Positions 11,353-24,900 of a stretch of 46,745 bases of DNA are shown piece after piece. The translations under genes and the position numbers were made by a program. The DNA is from Blastocystis sp. subtype 4 (lineage: Eukaryota), in assembly GCF_000743755.1 (NCBI RefSeq), contig NW_014569501.1, positions 1 through 46,745 on the forward strand, in the 5' to 3' direction. How positions within the stretch are numbered: position 1 is the first letter of the stretch; each line of letters begins with the position of its first letter. The notes beneath the pieces were generated by a model. It ran no database searches, was not told the origin of the DNA, and saw only the letters and a program-made list of their open reading frames with translations.

Positions 11353-14300
11353 TCAAACAATCCAAAACGAACTTATCGAATCACTTTCATCTTCAAGAAT
11401 CTTCTCAATAATTGGCAGATTGTACTTAACTTGAGATACGAGGAAGTCTTTCAGGCCCCCACACACTGAAACTACGACTAATGTACTATTTCTACTTGTA
11501 CCATCCTCAGATGCATTTTGGTGGATGGCTGCTAACTCATTCAATGAGCTCGAGAATTCATCATAGTCAATTACTAGGAGCGAACAGCAAGGACCATCAA
11601 GAGACTTGCTAACATAGCGTTCTTTAGCAAACTACGTTATCATTGTTTCTATTCTCGTACCTTGTCGAATAATCTGCATGCTTGTGTCACGCACTGTGAT
11701 TTACTGAATTTTGGAAGAAGATCACAAATACACTGTTCATAATCGACTCTTCCAATGACTCTCAACTTATCAACATTAGATTGACGAGAAGAGTAAGTTG
11801 TATGAGAGATAGTATCTCCACCCGAAGTTTCTGAAGGAGTATTGATATCGAGAGATGAGTTCTGGAGGGTAGTTACTACAGACGGTGTACTATAAGTGTG
11901 ATGGCTTCGCAAATCATCTCGAGTATTCCAAGAACTCAGGCTTTCAGACGTACTCACAGATGAATGAGTGGTTTTCAAGTCATTTTCTCGTATTACCCAA
12001 GTTGAATAGATGAAGAACAAACGACGCACGATATCTGGAAGTGCCATCTGACGAAGGCATGTCTCACATCACACGAAATTCTCAATCCTACAATACTCTC
12101 AGTGTTTGCCAAATTGTTTTCAAGATCAGCAGAGTTCATTTCCAGAATTACACGTCTTTCCTCCTCAGCAACCGGAATTCTACACTTTATTCCATCAAGC
12201 AAGTCTACTGTTTCTTTTTCTGGTATGCAGGATCTGCAGCAATTGTCTTGAACAGTCTTCTTCTTCCAGATTTGGAGTGATACTTCTCGATGTACTTACC
12301 CAATTTGATCACTTGATAGAGAATGGATCCAACAAAACGATATCCAAAGAGAATACCAATGATGATGGTAAGAATGACTCCATACACAGCAACAGCATTG
12401 AACTAGACTTATACATATCCATTTCTCTTACCATCAAGATACCTCCAGCATAGATGAAGTTTCCTGCAAGCCAAAAAATAACAAGTTTTGAGCGGAATCG
12501 TTTGTAGGATACTTCCATGTTATGTTGAGCCGCTTCATTGTTGATAAGATTACTATCACGAGTTCCCCATGTTACATCGTGTACATTACAGAATGAATAG
12601 ATGATGAAGATGTTCATAAATGTCGGTAGCATGAATCTTGAAGTGACAAAATAACAAAAGAGGATACAGATACTGGATCATTGTTGGCAGAATGGAGAAT
12701 AACTGACCATGAACAATAGAACACACAATAGTGACAAAGGTTGATGCACAAGCAGCAAAGAGAACGAAAGCATCAATAGCAGTCATAGAATAGAAGGTTA
12801 CTATTCATTGATAATCTCAATTATGGAGTACAAAACATTGTAAACATCAAGAGAGATCCATAGACAATATACGATAATCGATAGATCTCTTGATTATCTC
12901 TTGGATCATTGCCGAGAGCATAAATGAACTATGGTCACAGATAACGACAGTTTCTACTTGGATACCAGTTACTGTTAGATAGATTGCATTCAAACAATAG
13001 GAAGTTACTGAGCCACTGCCAAACTCAGAGTTCAATACAATTGCAAAGGTTAGATACATGTTAGCAACTTGTGTGAGAGTCATGACTACGGATCAACAAG
13101 GAATATCGATTTTACATAGGTTTACAGACATATATACCAGCTGGAATGTGAGAATGATCTTTCTCCATAGACTGTGACCTGACTCTGTATACAGACGACT
13201 CCACTCTTTCATAGCATAGAGACCAGCAAAGAACGATCCATTCAGCCATCGTCGACGCTGACGAATCAGAATATTTAGATTCGAAGGAATATCAGTTGTA
13301 GCAACTGCAGTATTGACTATGTCCTAGTACTCATTTATCACATACCGAAATGAAGAGTGTAATCACAGTCTTTCTTGACTAGCATTTCAAATCCCATAAT
13401 ACGATCTTCTGCAAGATACATATTGGCCGAAAATGGCTCAACCACAAGTCGATTCTCATCGCTCTCGAGAAGGAAATACTTATCAAGAGGAGTTCCTTGT
13501 AGGGCTTCAAATCGATAGGCCGAGAAGGCTCCTGGAAGGACCGATACGTAACCAAAGGTTGACTCCATTGCCTTCTCCAGGAAGTGAGACACTTTGTATT
13601 CGAAGTACTGAGCAGATTGGACAGGGGATGCCTTAGAAGCATTTAATGCCTATTTGTGAGAAGAAAGTGCTATTATCAACAAGAATCTCTCCACAACAAC
13701 CTCCAATCTGAGGATTCTCTTCCATCTCATTATATAATTGAATGAGAGCAGTTGGCATTGGCTATTTGTCAACGTTCAAGTCTGCACCTACTCTTGTACC
13801 AACATCCAGCAGAGTGATAAACTCAGGATTCAGTTGTCTGGAAAACCCTCTCATAATCCACAAGTGAGAAGATAACTTTCCCATGTTGTGCTCCTTAACA
13901 GCAAAGATAATGTCAAATGGAGTATAGTAGCTTTCATTAGCAATTGATCCTTTGCTGATCAGACGGTTACATTTGAAAAGGTGAAGCTGGAGCATCGGAA
14001 CTCTTTTCGTCAAGGCAATGATATCACGTTCATTGTAATGTTGTTTCATTTCAGGCAAGTGTTGCTTCCATGCTTTGATTCTACGTCGATTGTCTTCAAC
14101 GGCCACATCCATCACTCTAGCATCTTCTTCTGTTAGGAAATGCTTATTATCTTCTCGGTACTAGAGTTCACAACAGATTTATTCTCTTACTTGAAAGATG
14201 GTGTTATTCATCTTGTCACGACCATCAATAATCACAAATACAACAATGTCATCAATCGTCAGTCCATACGAGAACTCAGGGAGATTCTCGATATTATCAG

Positions 14301-14862
14301 CAATTCCTCGAAGTGTATCATTGAGTTCCTTAAAGGATTCATTGAACATGGTTACGGAGATCACTACCTTGGGTTTCTGTCTCCCTGGAAGTAGTTCAAT
14401 TCCGTATTCAGGATCATTAAAACTATTGATATCTCCAAAGAAAGGCCGATATTCAACATCCTTGCTAACTTTCCTCCATGCTTCACCTGATAATAATTGT
14501 TGGATCTTAACGGATGGTGGTGTCTCTTCATTTTCTGCTGATACGTTTACACTCTACACATAATAAGGTGGGGGGATGATGACTGTTGAGAAGGCTTCGT
14601 CATAGGTACGCAGGGGTTCTTTCAGTACAGCTCCATCTACAGAGTTGGATTTACTGCTTTGTACATTCGACTGGGACTCTTTGACGGTGGATAAAGAGTC
14701 GGAGGAGTGAATGCTGTTGGAATTCTGTTCCAATGCAAGCGAAACAATTCTTTTCCGCTTTAGATAGACGTCGAGTGCAACAGCCATTTCAGTTCTTGCC
14801 ATGCGTTGTAATTCACGTTCGGACATAGAGTCCGTGATCACCTCTGCACTTGTCGCAAGCAT
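11353..14862 (-). CDS. CHS: Chitin synthase (GT2), multi-exon, with long C-terminal extension
   Basis: Motifs [64 protein letters not shown] (about 13232-13260) and [12 protein letters not shown]. The start codon is uncertain. Confidence 0.92.
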
Positions 14863-15074
14863 ACTCTGAGTTGAATGGAATTAAAAGCTCCAATGATTCA
14901 TCTTCGTTGATTGGGATATGAAATGGTGATCAAGACCCTAATTCATCGATTAGGGATCATTTTGATGTACAGGGCCCTATTATGTCTTTGGTTGTTGAGA
15001 TTGAATATACGATTTACATTGCTGTGAATCAAACGGTTATTTGAAATTGATAAACAATATAAAATAGAGATAAG

Positions 15075-18000
15075 TTAACTCATTAGGAGAGCATTCATTC
15101 TCTCCTCTTTTCTTTTTCTAGCGAGAATGCCAAACACAGTTAGTGCCAGTATCACAATCACAGTAACAGGTAACACTAGTACCAATACCAAAAGTTTACG
15201 CAAATTACCAACAAAATAAACAGATTTCGATACTTCCACATATACATCCTTCTTCAGCGTCATAGCGATCTCTTCAGCCAACTCTTTCCTCTTTACGGTC
15301 ACCTTTCGATACACTCGCTTTGCTGAGTTGTACCAGAGTGTCGACTCAAGATATATCTCAGTATAACAGAAGGGTTCGGTATCAATTCGATAATAGATAT
15401 AGTAATCACTTAACAACTCTGGATTCAAATGAAGACTGGACGCTAGACTGCTTTTCACCAAATCTACAGTGGAATACAAAGAATCACACTTGATTCCATT
15501 TACTATCACTGCCATTCGGACCAGTGCATGACCAATAGACTTATTATCCTTGCAATACTGCTGCTCATTAGCAAAGGCCACTCCATCTGGTGTCTCCATA
15601 CACTTCATGATTCGAACACCTACACCCTCTAAGCAGGGGAGTCGTAGCGCATCACCAATAGCAATCATGGTATCATTATATACACAATTCTCTTGATTGT
15701 TGCTATAGAGTATCACGTTACCTAACTTGACACACTCTCCACCTAGACATCACCTCCCAACCTCGTTCCTACCTTCGACAACAAGACGGAATGCATGATA
15801 ACTCGTCTTTGGAGGAAGCAACTGAAGTTGAATGCGAGGACGGGTGTCCCATTGGATATCAGTCGCATTCAGAAGTAAAAAGTCATGTGTTCGAAGCAAC
15901 CCCCATCTGTTGAAGTACATGAGAACACCATACAACTCGATGTGAGAAGGAACACATGACTGAGAACGAGAAACAAGAATAGTATTAACATATTGATGAT
16001 TATACCCCGTATGCTCGTAGAGAATAGAACCCCCATTCCCAGCATCCCACTCTGCATCATCACTTGTGAAGATTCGATAGGCATTGATATTCTAATTGTA
16101 ATCTCTCGTTTCTTTACGTACATCTGTTGAAGCAGTGACTGTAGGGAATGGAGAAGAATAGAAATAATCAGATGATGCAAGAAGAGAAGCTGATAAGGCA
16201 AAGTAGATATGAGAATGTGATAATGCGTACTGATGAACCTCAACAGCAATAATAATGTCTCCTAACTGAAGGTATTGGTGAGATACAGTAGCACTCACAA
16301 AACGTGGATACATCAAAGAAGAAGTAGCGTTCCCATAATCATATCCTGAAGTGCCATTGTCCTTACAGTCTTGTAGATGGAAGTCTAAGTGATATCGAAT
16401 CACTTCAATATTGTTAATGTATACAGAGACACCTTCACGAATCAGAATATTCAGAAGCATCACACTATAGTCAACAATCTTCTGAATCTACATGTCAGTT
16501 TCTTCAGCATTCTTACTCGAATGTGCTGGCGCAAATACAAACTCTCTGATGCTTGAATTGGATACTGTGAACTCCCTGTGGCCCACACAGAATCATCATA
16601 ATCAAAGTCACGCCAATTAAAGGGCATATTATTGGAACTACGAAAATACTTCCATGTACTTGTGGATGAAACCACTCTGATCATAGTAAATGTGTACCAA
16701 CGACATGGATACAATTCTGTAACTGATCGACCAATAAAATACGTGGAAAAAACAGGAGTTCCACTATCCACAAGAATTTGGATTTGAATTACTTCTTGGT
16801 TGGGTGGTACTCTAGAAATGATGGCAAATATTTATCTTTACTCTTTCCTACGACATACATTCAAACGATAGTACCCAGTTAACTCATTATGGATGAAGAA
16901 AATACTTCGTGAACTAAGCATACGACTGCGATTGAAGACCAATTGATCTTCTAAGTACATATCATAATGATATTCGGATAGATCCTGAATGCTGTCAGTG
17001 ATCTCCAACTTCATTACAGCATGAGGTACCAAAGGATTCAAATTAACTGGTGTAGCATTGATTTCCAAAGGAGCACACACTGAATTCGAACTATGAAACA
17101 CACAGAACTGGATTGTCCAATGCCCAGCAATATCACACTCACCTGTGACCAAGTATCCATGTCCATAAACATCAAACAGATATGGAGGAACAGGTACAAT
17201 CGAGAGACCGAGAGGAAGCTCTGGTGAGATGGAAAGGTTCATATGTTCACCATGAACATTAATGAAGATAGGAATGAACGAGGCTCCAACAGTCGTAGTC
17301 AGTGTCGAATTCGAGAGTGTTAGACAAGGAGGGATATTGTATGCTATTCGTGATTGTTCCCCAGCAACCATACAGCATTGAAACTCCATCACAATTACGG
17401 TGTCATTGTCAGGAATCAGTTCTTTTCCAAGAAAGAAGTTATTTCGTGTAGCATACAAGACTCCATCTCCTCGAGTCAAAGTTAATAATCTACAAAGGAT
17501 CAAAAGAAGATCGATTACGATTGAGTACTGAACATGATCTGAAAGGATGTGTACAAGACGCTAAACTTAAAGTTTCCTTGACTGTTCACTTGGAGAGGCT
17601 GCCAAGGGGGAGGTTCTGGAGACATATTTGTACTTCGCATGTGAACAGTCTGATTCGGTCCCTCAATATGACCATGGAAAAGGTCCATATGCTCGTTTAA
17701 CGAGAATGCCATCGTCAACACACATTCTACCGAGCGACCACATCCATGTTCTGACACTGTAAACACGGTCTTTTCCAGTCTCTGCTGAGCATCTCCTTGA
17801 ATGATCCCAAGATATGGGTCCAGGAACAAACCTGGAGGCAAAGGTGGATCGATTGTAAACAGATGCATGGCAGACGTAATATTATTGGGCTGCAAGACCA
17901 CATCTTCAAAGGCCTGCATCGTTATCTCTGTGACTATAATATCGCCCATAAAGTACTGCAACTCTGTAGGAAACCTCCGATCTAGATGACATGATCCAAC

Positions 18001-19447
18001 AACAACTTACCAGGAAGAATAATGAACTGAAAATGCAAATCTGTTGTGATAGAATAGGATCGAAACTCAGCCACAAATTGAACTGTCAGATTTGACATAA
18101 TTCCTTCTATGACTGGACTGGCTTTTAGATAACCAGTGTGAGGATCTACAACCACATTGAAGGGAGGAACGCCAAGTAACTGATATGACACTATCGCTCC
18201 TTGTAAGAGAGTATGATCAAGGATTGGAGATAGAGTCAAAGCCTCTCCAGCATTCATTACGACAGCAGAAGAGGGATATTCCACATGGAATCGATGTATT
18301 GTGATAAACAGTTTTGGTTCGATAAATTCAAAGTGAGATCTTGAAGGTCGCATCCATTCAATGAACACTGTTCGATAATACGGATTCGTAGGTCTAAATT
18401 GAATCAATAAGACTCGATAACCAGGAACCACAACATTTAAAGAATGAGAATTCTCTCGAATTGAGGAGAGAGGACCATGAGAAGAATCATAGACAGTCAC
18501 TCCATCAACAGTCATAATAAACGAATCTTCCTATCAATCAATACATCCAATAAGATAGACTTCAGTATGTGGATTGTTGGAGTGAAGGCGAAAGGCATAG
18601 AAACCCTTCTCATTCATGTAAAGATAACTTCGGAGCGTGATTAAAATAGGAGTATTCAAAGAGTTCATGTCCATGTAGAGAGGAGACATCATTCCTTTGC
18701 TTGAGAGAGTTTCGACCGAAGTAATTCCAGTTTTGAATATAGTAGTGAAGTTTTCTGCATCTTGAATTTGATAACGCAAACCATTGATTGCAGAATCTAG
18801 GTAACAGGAGGTTACTACTCGTACCTGTGTAGAAAAGACAAATCGTGTCAGCACATGATCCTAAGGAATTATGCACAGTAACAGTATAGCAGCTCCGTCC
18901 TGTGTATGTACCATTGTACATACCCATAATTGTTCTTGTTACAATATCGACTACCAACCCTGATGGGAGCGTAGGGGAAATCGTAATAGAGTCGAAGGAA
19001 ACATCTGAATGAACCAAAATCTTGGTAAAAACTCCCTTCGTAACAATGGCGTAAGATTGGTCAATCCACACCTTCAATGGATACCAAAGCACTAAAAATC
19101 ACAACATATCCAATCAAATACCTCCTAGCTGAAGGAAATACGGATCACTATCTCCTAACTTCGAAGTAATGGTGTAGATCCTAAACTCTGTACCCACTCG
19201 AGGTTTTCCACGGATTGTGTTATTTATAAAGATAAGACCCTGTGGTAATTCTGGAAATATCTCCAACTCCTCATCTCTTGTTCCTTCACAATGGATCGGA
19301 CTCATTTCTACATATTGGACGACATTAACCGAGCCGCCATCACAAGTAACACCAATAACGGTTATATCTTCACTTGTTAGCACAATTCAACTGCCTACAA
19401 CATACACCTAAAAGAATAGTTGTCAAAGCAGGGCTCAGGCCCTTCAT
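15075..19447 (-). CDS. Large type I membrane surface protein with Ig-like (He_PIG-type) repeats, PA14-like and carbohydrate-binding-like modules, a Cys-rich HRM-like unit and a C-terminal TM helix
   Basis: Signal peptide MKGLSPALTTILLGVC|YITVIG through a 31-nt intron. Repeated PxLPxGL units (FPELPQGL, ISPTLPSGL, IDPPLPPGLFLDPYLGIIQG, ISPELPLGL). PA14-like YLYMNEKGFYAFRLHSN. WKY...NWRDFDYDDSVW. TM LLVLVLVLPVTVIVILALTVFGILA followed by RKRK. Confidence 0.7.
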
Positions 19448-19510
19448 TTCCAAAAAGTGTTCAAACAAAAGAAAATACCCACTATTTCTGGAAACAAACA
19501 GAGAAAGCAA

Positions 19511-20588
19511 TTACCACCAACTACTCATAGCACTACTCACTTTACCAAATAACCAGCTCATCTACACCATCAACCATTATCATCTGCCCCACCTTCTTTT
19601 CCTTCTTCTGTTTTGCTTCTCTTTCCTGTTTCTTCTTCTCCAAACGACTCTCAATTGAGCTAAATCCATACATTGTGATCGCATTGTCTATCCCTAATAC
19701 AACCCTCTCAGTCTTACCTCCTTTCTCTTCATTTTCGAAAATGTCATCCACAAAACCTGAATCCTATTCCTTACACTCTGAATCAAATCCTACGTCATCA
19801 ATACCTGAAACATCCATCGAATGAGCAGCAAGAACCCGTCTATGTGTTATTAATCAGATCAGACTCCACTCAATAGCAGTGCGAATCTCGCTCTCCTTCT
19901 TCTCGTTCTCTTCCTGACGCACTGTAACGATCATCTTCTTCTTAGGCTACTCCTTACCAAGAATAAATGGACATACCTTCTCCATCGTGATGGATGTTAC
20001 TCCAGCAATCTGGATAATCGAAGTTTGAAGAGCTTCGTTGATCTGGGCATCTTCCAAACGATCTATCTACACTTCATTCTCTTTCCACTCCATTACAGAA
20101 AATGTATATGTTTTAACAATCATTGTAGTCTGTTTCACTTCCCCTGCATCCTCACAGGGATGAAGTTTGAGAAATTCCACATCAGCTTCCTTGAGATAAT
20201 TCTTGATATTATTAAGTGTTCTCCGAGAGATTGCCCGGGCATGATCATTTTCGGATTCAGCAAACTCTTTCTACAAGGTAATTCACAAAAGACAAGAGGA
20301 CCATCTTCTCAACAAGACCGGGATGTTCTGCGACAATTTCTTTATTACTCGGATGTGTAGACAGAAATTCAATTGCCCGAGCTGCCATAAGACGCACTTC
20401 CTCATCAGCATCGGACATATAAGTAACGAGACCCGAAATAAATTCTACTCAGTCATTCAAATCGAATAAACCTTACCAGGCTGTCTAGCCATCAACGGCT
20501 GACTATCGGGATCTGAAGCAAGATTTAAGAGTTGACGGACAACCTGTCTGATTCCACTCGCAATATCATCACCAACGATCCTATCCAT
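19511..20588 (-). CDS. ARMC1: ARMC1-like protein (armadillo repeat plus HMA-like domain); mostly missed by the ORF track
   Basis: Hand splicing gives MDRIVGDDIASGIRQVVRQLLNLASDPDSQPLMARQPEFISGLVTYMSDADEEVRLMAARAIEFL..., HMA-like KTYTFS|IDRLEDAQINEALQTSIIQIAGVTSIT, and a C-terminus KKEKK|MSWLFGKVSSAMSSWW* through a 31-nt intron. TGTTTGTT at 19500-19493. Confidence 0.75.
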
Positions 20589-20667
20589 GGTCGATTACTT
20601 GGACTATTCGTTGGATTCAAAAGTGGCGCAAAGTTGCGACGCAAAACGGGTTTCAAAGAAATATTCA

Positions 20668-21822
20668 CTAAAACAACATATAGGTTACATCTGCATCATC
20701 CTTCTGATTCTTCTTTCTTCCAACCTTGGCTTGGAGAGGAACCATCGTTCCTTCATGATTCTCAACAAACTTTGTTCGTCTTGATGTCTCTTTATCAAGT
20801 TGATTACAGAAAGGACAACCTACTCCTTATTCATTAAAATGAACCTGTACTATTTCGTATTCGAGTTTGAACACTTTCACGCCAAATATGATTAACATTG
20901 AACGAGCACACCCACCAGACAATCCGTTTATCGTCTGAGCGTAATGTTTCCTTCCACTTTCGGTACTCAATGTAGTGATTCTGGAGTACACGATTGAGAC
21001 TTTCATTCACTGGATCCATTGTTGAAGGCGTTTCTTGTACTTGGGACACTGACTTTGAGATATTTTTAGACAACGTCACTTTTTCCGGATCTAAATAGAG
21101 TTGTTCGAATGGAATTGGAGTCAACACATCTTCTGGTATATCTGGTGGTAATTCAGTAGGCTGAGAAGGCTTTCGAAGGGTAGGACAATTTAGCCAATTA
21201 TAGGACTCTTCGAAGAGCTCTGGATACTCTTCTGCAAGAAGCATCGTCTGGCGTTCTTCCCGTTTGCACACCGGACATAACGTAACATTATCCTCTTTCC
21301 GTTTTACCAGAGTCCGAATGGTTGCTTTGAATGTGTGATTGCTTGGACAGCGCCAGAAAAATACACTGGAATCTGAATAGATAACCTTATTCGCTGTCCG
21401 TTCCTTGTTCAATACGGGATCAAACCACAGTGCCAAATCTGGATACCGAGCCAACAGACTGTTTGTTTTAGATAACCTTCTATTGGTGCAAAATGGACAA
21501 GCTAAGTCATCAAATAACATTAAAATCTACAGCGCATGACATGATTGGAGACATCAACAGCACTTGCATTCTTTGTACTCCAAATATGATCTTCTCCATT
21601 TGGACACTTCCACCACAGTTCTCCACGATAATTGTAGGGAATGGAGTCAGGATTCAAAGACCCGTTCTTTTCTGTATTCCAATACCTAACTACTTCAGGA
21701 ATTACCTTGGCAAGAGATAATTCTGCATTCTTATTCACGTCAATTGCCTTGACTTTATATCCTCTCCAAATTTGACCGATAGGTCGTTGAAGACGATACC
21801 AAGTCTGGGACGCTCGATTCAT
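20668..21822 (-). CDS. DUF4379-type (probable zinc-ribbon) tandem repeat protein with a possible organellar presequence
   Basis: Three units of the pattern SL...P..W....N...WWxC..H.W...CPxC (LWWKCPNGEDHIW..SCPFC, FFWRCPSNHTF..LCPVC, VWWVCSFNVNHIW..GCPFC). Introns of 29 and 25 nt. Arg-rich, acid-free N-terminus. Confidence 0.75.
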
Positions 21823-21923
21823 CAAGAATGATTGTTGCTACCAAATCCTTTTTGTTTTCTGGAAACGGATTTGGGGTTATTTCTGGAATCACACCATTTT
21901 CACTTTCAGTCTAGTAATAAGGG

Positions 21924-24900
21924 ATGAGATTCCATATATCCCTTATTCTACTTACTGTAACTCTATCAACATTATTTTCTACTGGTATGGTAATAGTGTC
22001 AGTAACAAATCGTAGCTCATTCCCTACGATGTGACAGCGGGCACTATATGATACATGCTATTGTGAACTATACTCAACCAATTCCAAATCATCAGGTTCG
22101 ATGGACTATTCAAATTGTATCGAAAAGTGGACGATCGGAAATTGCCTATCAAGAAAATCTCCCATCGTTGTCGTCGAATCAGTCATATTCTTTTGAGTAT
22201 TGTGTACCTATTGCACATCTTGTATTGTCGCTCACTTCACCGTAGTAGATAGGACCTTTCTGTCATTTTTAGAATTCTTCCTGAGAAAGGAGGTTTTATT
22301 ACTTTGTTTATCGAGTCTGTTTACTTGTTTTCTATATCCTTGGATTCTACCATTAGAAGGTATCATATTCCATGTAGGATTCGTTGAAAACGGTGATGTG
22401 CAGTGGAACAGTCAATCTTATTTTCAGACGCTCCCTCCTTTTATTTTAAAAGCAGTGAGCGATTTTCCACTCAACTTCTTATCCTTCATTCCGTTTTAGC
22501 TACTTGTATTCAATTGGGTTCTACAGAAGTTTGTTTCTCTGAACGGGAATCTCTCTCAATCTCTCCAGAACTTGTTTCTGGTGATGTTCTTATATTGAAC
22601 CGAAATCGAACAAAGTTGACCATTATTCCTGTACTGGATGTCGTTCAACGAACTGCTAATCTCCATATTTCCACCAGTGTACGAGATCTTGAGCATCGTT
22701 GCGAATTAAAGATTTCGTTCAATGGTCGTCAGGAATGGATTAATGGGATTCTATTATCTCCTTCTCATCCATATACGAAACACAATTATTACTACATTGT
22801 TGGAAAAACAAGAAATAGAGTTGGGTGGTCATTTATTGATTATCAAGAAGAGAGAGAAGAACGGTTTTTACGATTGGGAAGTGTTACGAAGGAATCGTTT
22901 GATACATTACTAATTATTACAAATTCCCTTGATTTGTGTCATTCTCCTCTCCCATTAGATTTCATTTCTTATAATCCTGTTAAAATCAATTTTGGTACAT
23001 TTGAGTTTGTGAAACACGTAAATATGATAGGTCATGTTCACTCCTAGGAGATCATTCATATTCAATTGCCCTGCTCGTTTATTTATTCATATCATATCCA
23101 GTCACATCCTTCAAGTTCCCAGAGAACAAATCCAATTTCTTATGATATCAATCCTATGACTGGAGTCCTTAGCAATCGACGTGGTCAGATTGTTTCTGAT
23201 TCCTTCACTGTGATTGGATCCTATCGACCAAATGTCGTCTTAGAGTCTCTCTCATGTATCCCTAAGGTGACTACATTCTCTCTAACCATCCACTATAATC
23301 GTAGGAGTGAGAATATGAATTGATTGTAGCATGTGTGGAACCTCGTTCTCTGTATCATTTGGTTTGGGATTTGAATGGATCGTTTTGGCCCCATGCTCGC
23401 TTCCTGATTAATCATTCATTCTTTGTAGAGTATATTCGAGGTCCAACTCATTTCTCACGCACCTATTGCACTGATTCAAGGACCCTCCATCTTCAGAATC
23501 TTGATCATTGTGAAGGAACTCTTTCAATCTATGTGGAGGATATTCTGTTGGAGATAGTTTCATTCACGGCCACTGATGATGCGTTAGAGATCAAGATATC
23601 CAGCTTCGCTTCGCCAATTTTCAAAGAACTTCATTCAGATTCAACTAGTATACGAGAATACATCCTTGAACCTTCCAGTTGGAATGACGGAATTCTGGAT
23701 GTTATTGTCAAGAATGCACAAGTGCTGTCAATTGTTTTTAATGACCATGTTCTTTTCACAAGGAACCAGTCATCGCTTGTTGACACACTCTCTACTCTTC
23801 ATCTGTTATCTCCTATTCACTCATTTTCTACTGGAGTTCTTATGATTACCTTCAAGCAAACTCAGAACCTGCTTGTTCACACATTGGTTCATCATCGTTT
23901 GTACTTCAATTACTGATTATATATAGACCTTCAGATAGTGAAGGAGTATATAACAATCACAGAGCATGATCAGACTCTCTTTCTATCTTCTCGACATGGA
24001 GAACTATTGACTATCAATTCAATTCTTCTTCCTAAATGTCGTGAACTTCCTCCTGTGACTGTTGAGATTGCAATTAAAGGAGAATGGCGTACAATAGAAC
24101 ATCGGGCATTAGCCACTGGAAGCATTGGATTGAATCGAGACTGTATAATCCAATTTCCCAATCGAATGGTTACCTCTCAGATTCGATTCATCTTCAGTGA
24201 AGTTCTTGCCGAAGAGAGTTATGGTGAATGGTTCTATGGTGCCTATTGGCCGTTACAACTGTGGTCAGGTCGAGAAGATCTCACTCCTGGATTGTTCTTT
24301 GATGTATTTGATGAGTGTTGGACCTGGATTCAATTTGGAGAGAAAGAGCCACTCTCATTGGCGGAACCTGTGTTGTGGATTGGAAAAGGACTTGTGTTGG
24401 ATTGGGAGAATGAAGTTCTGTTTGGTATAGCGAAGCAAGGCGATGCCTATGTGATATCTCCGACGGACCATGAAGCTGACTCAAGTGTTCTACTTCGGCA
24501 TATTCGAGTTCGTACTTGTGAAGGAGATCGAGTGAAGATGGAGATTCGCTGTAATGAAGATTGTCAACTTGCTGGTCTTCGAGTCTCTGATGGTGATGAT
24601 ATGTGGGTGATTCCTGAAGGAGTTGAAATAGATTCAGCTGTACTATGTGTTCATCGTCAACACCTCATTCATTTCCAAAGTATTGATCAATTCATTCAAA
24701 TCCAATTAGATGGATTCTGGTATCATTTCCATGTATCTTCAGATACACTATTCTCAACCTATTCTTCCATTCTTCCTTATGACCTGGTAACTACAGATAC
24801 ACTAAATGAGTCTACTATGTATGATAATCCCTATTCATTCTCACTTACAATTCGACTAACATCCATCAATCTCAATCATTGGATTGGTCAGTCGTTTCTC

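Noticed and set aside
12637..12667. CHS intron starting GTATCCTC as a second U12 intron
   Set aside because: It is 31 nt like the major class and has no TCCTTRAY branch site. It could be a converted U12 intron, but there is no support for that.
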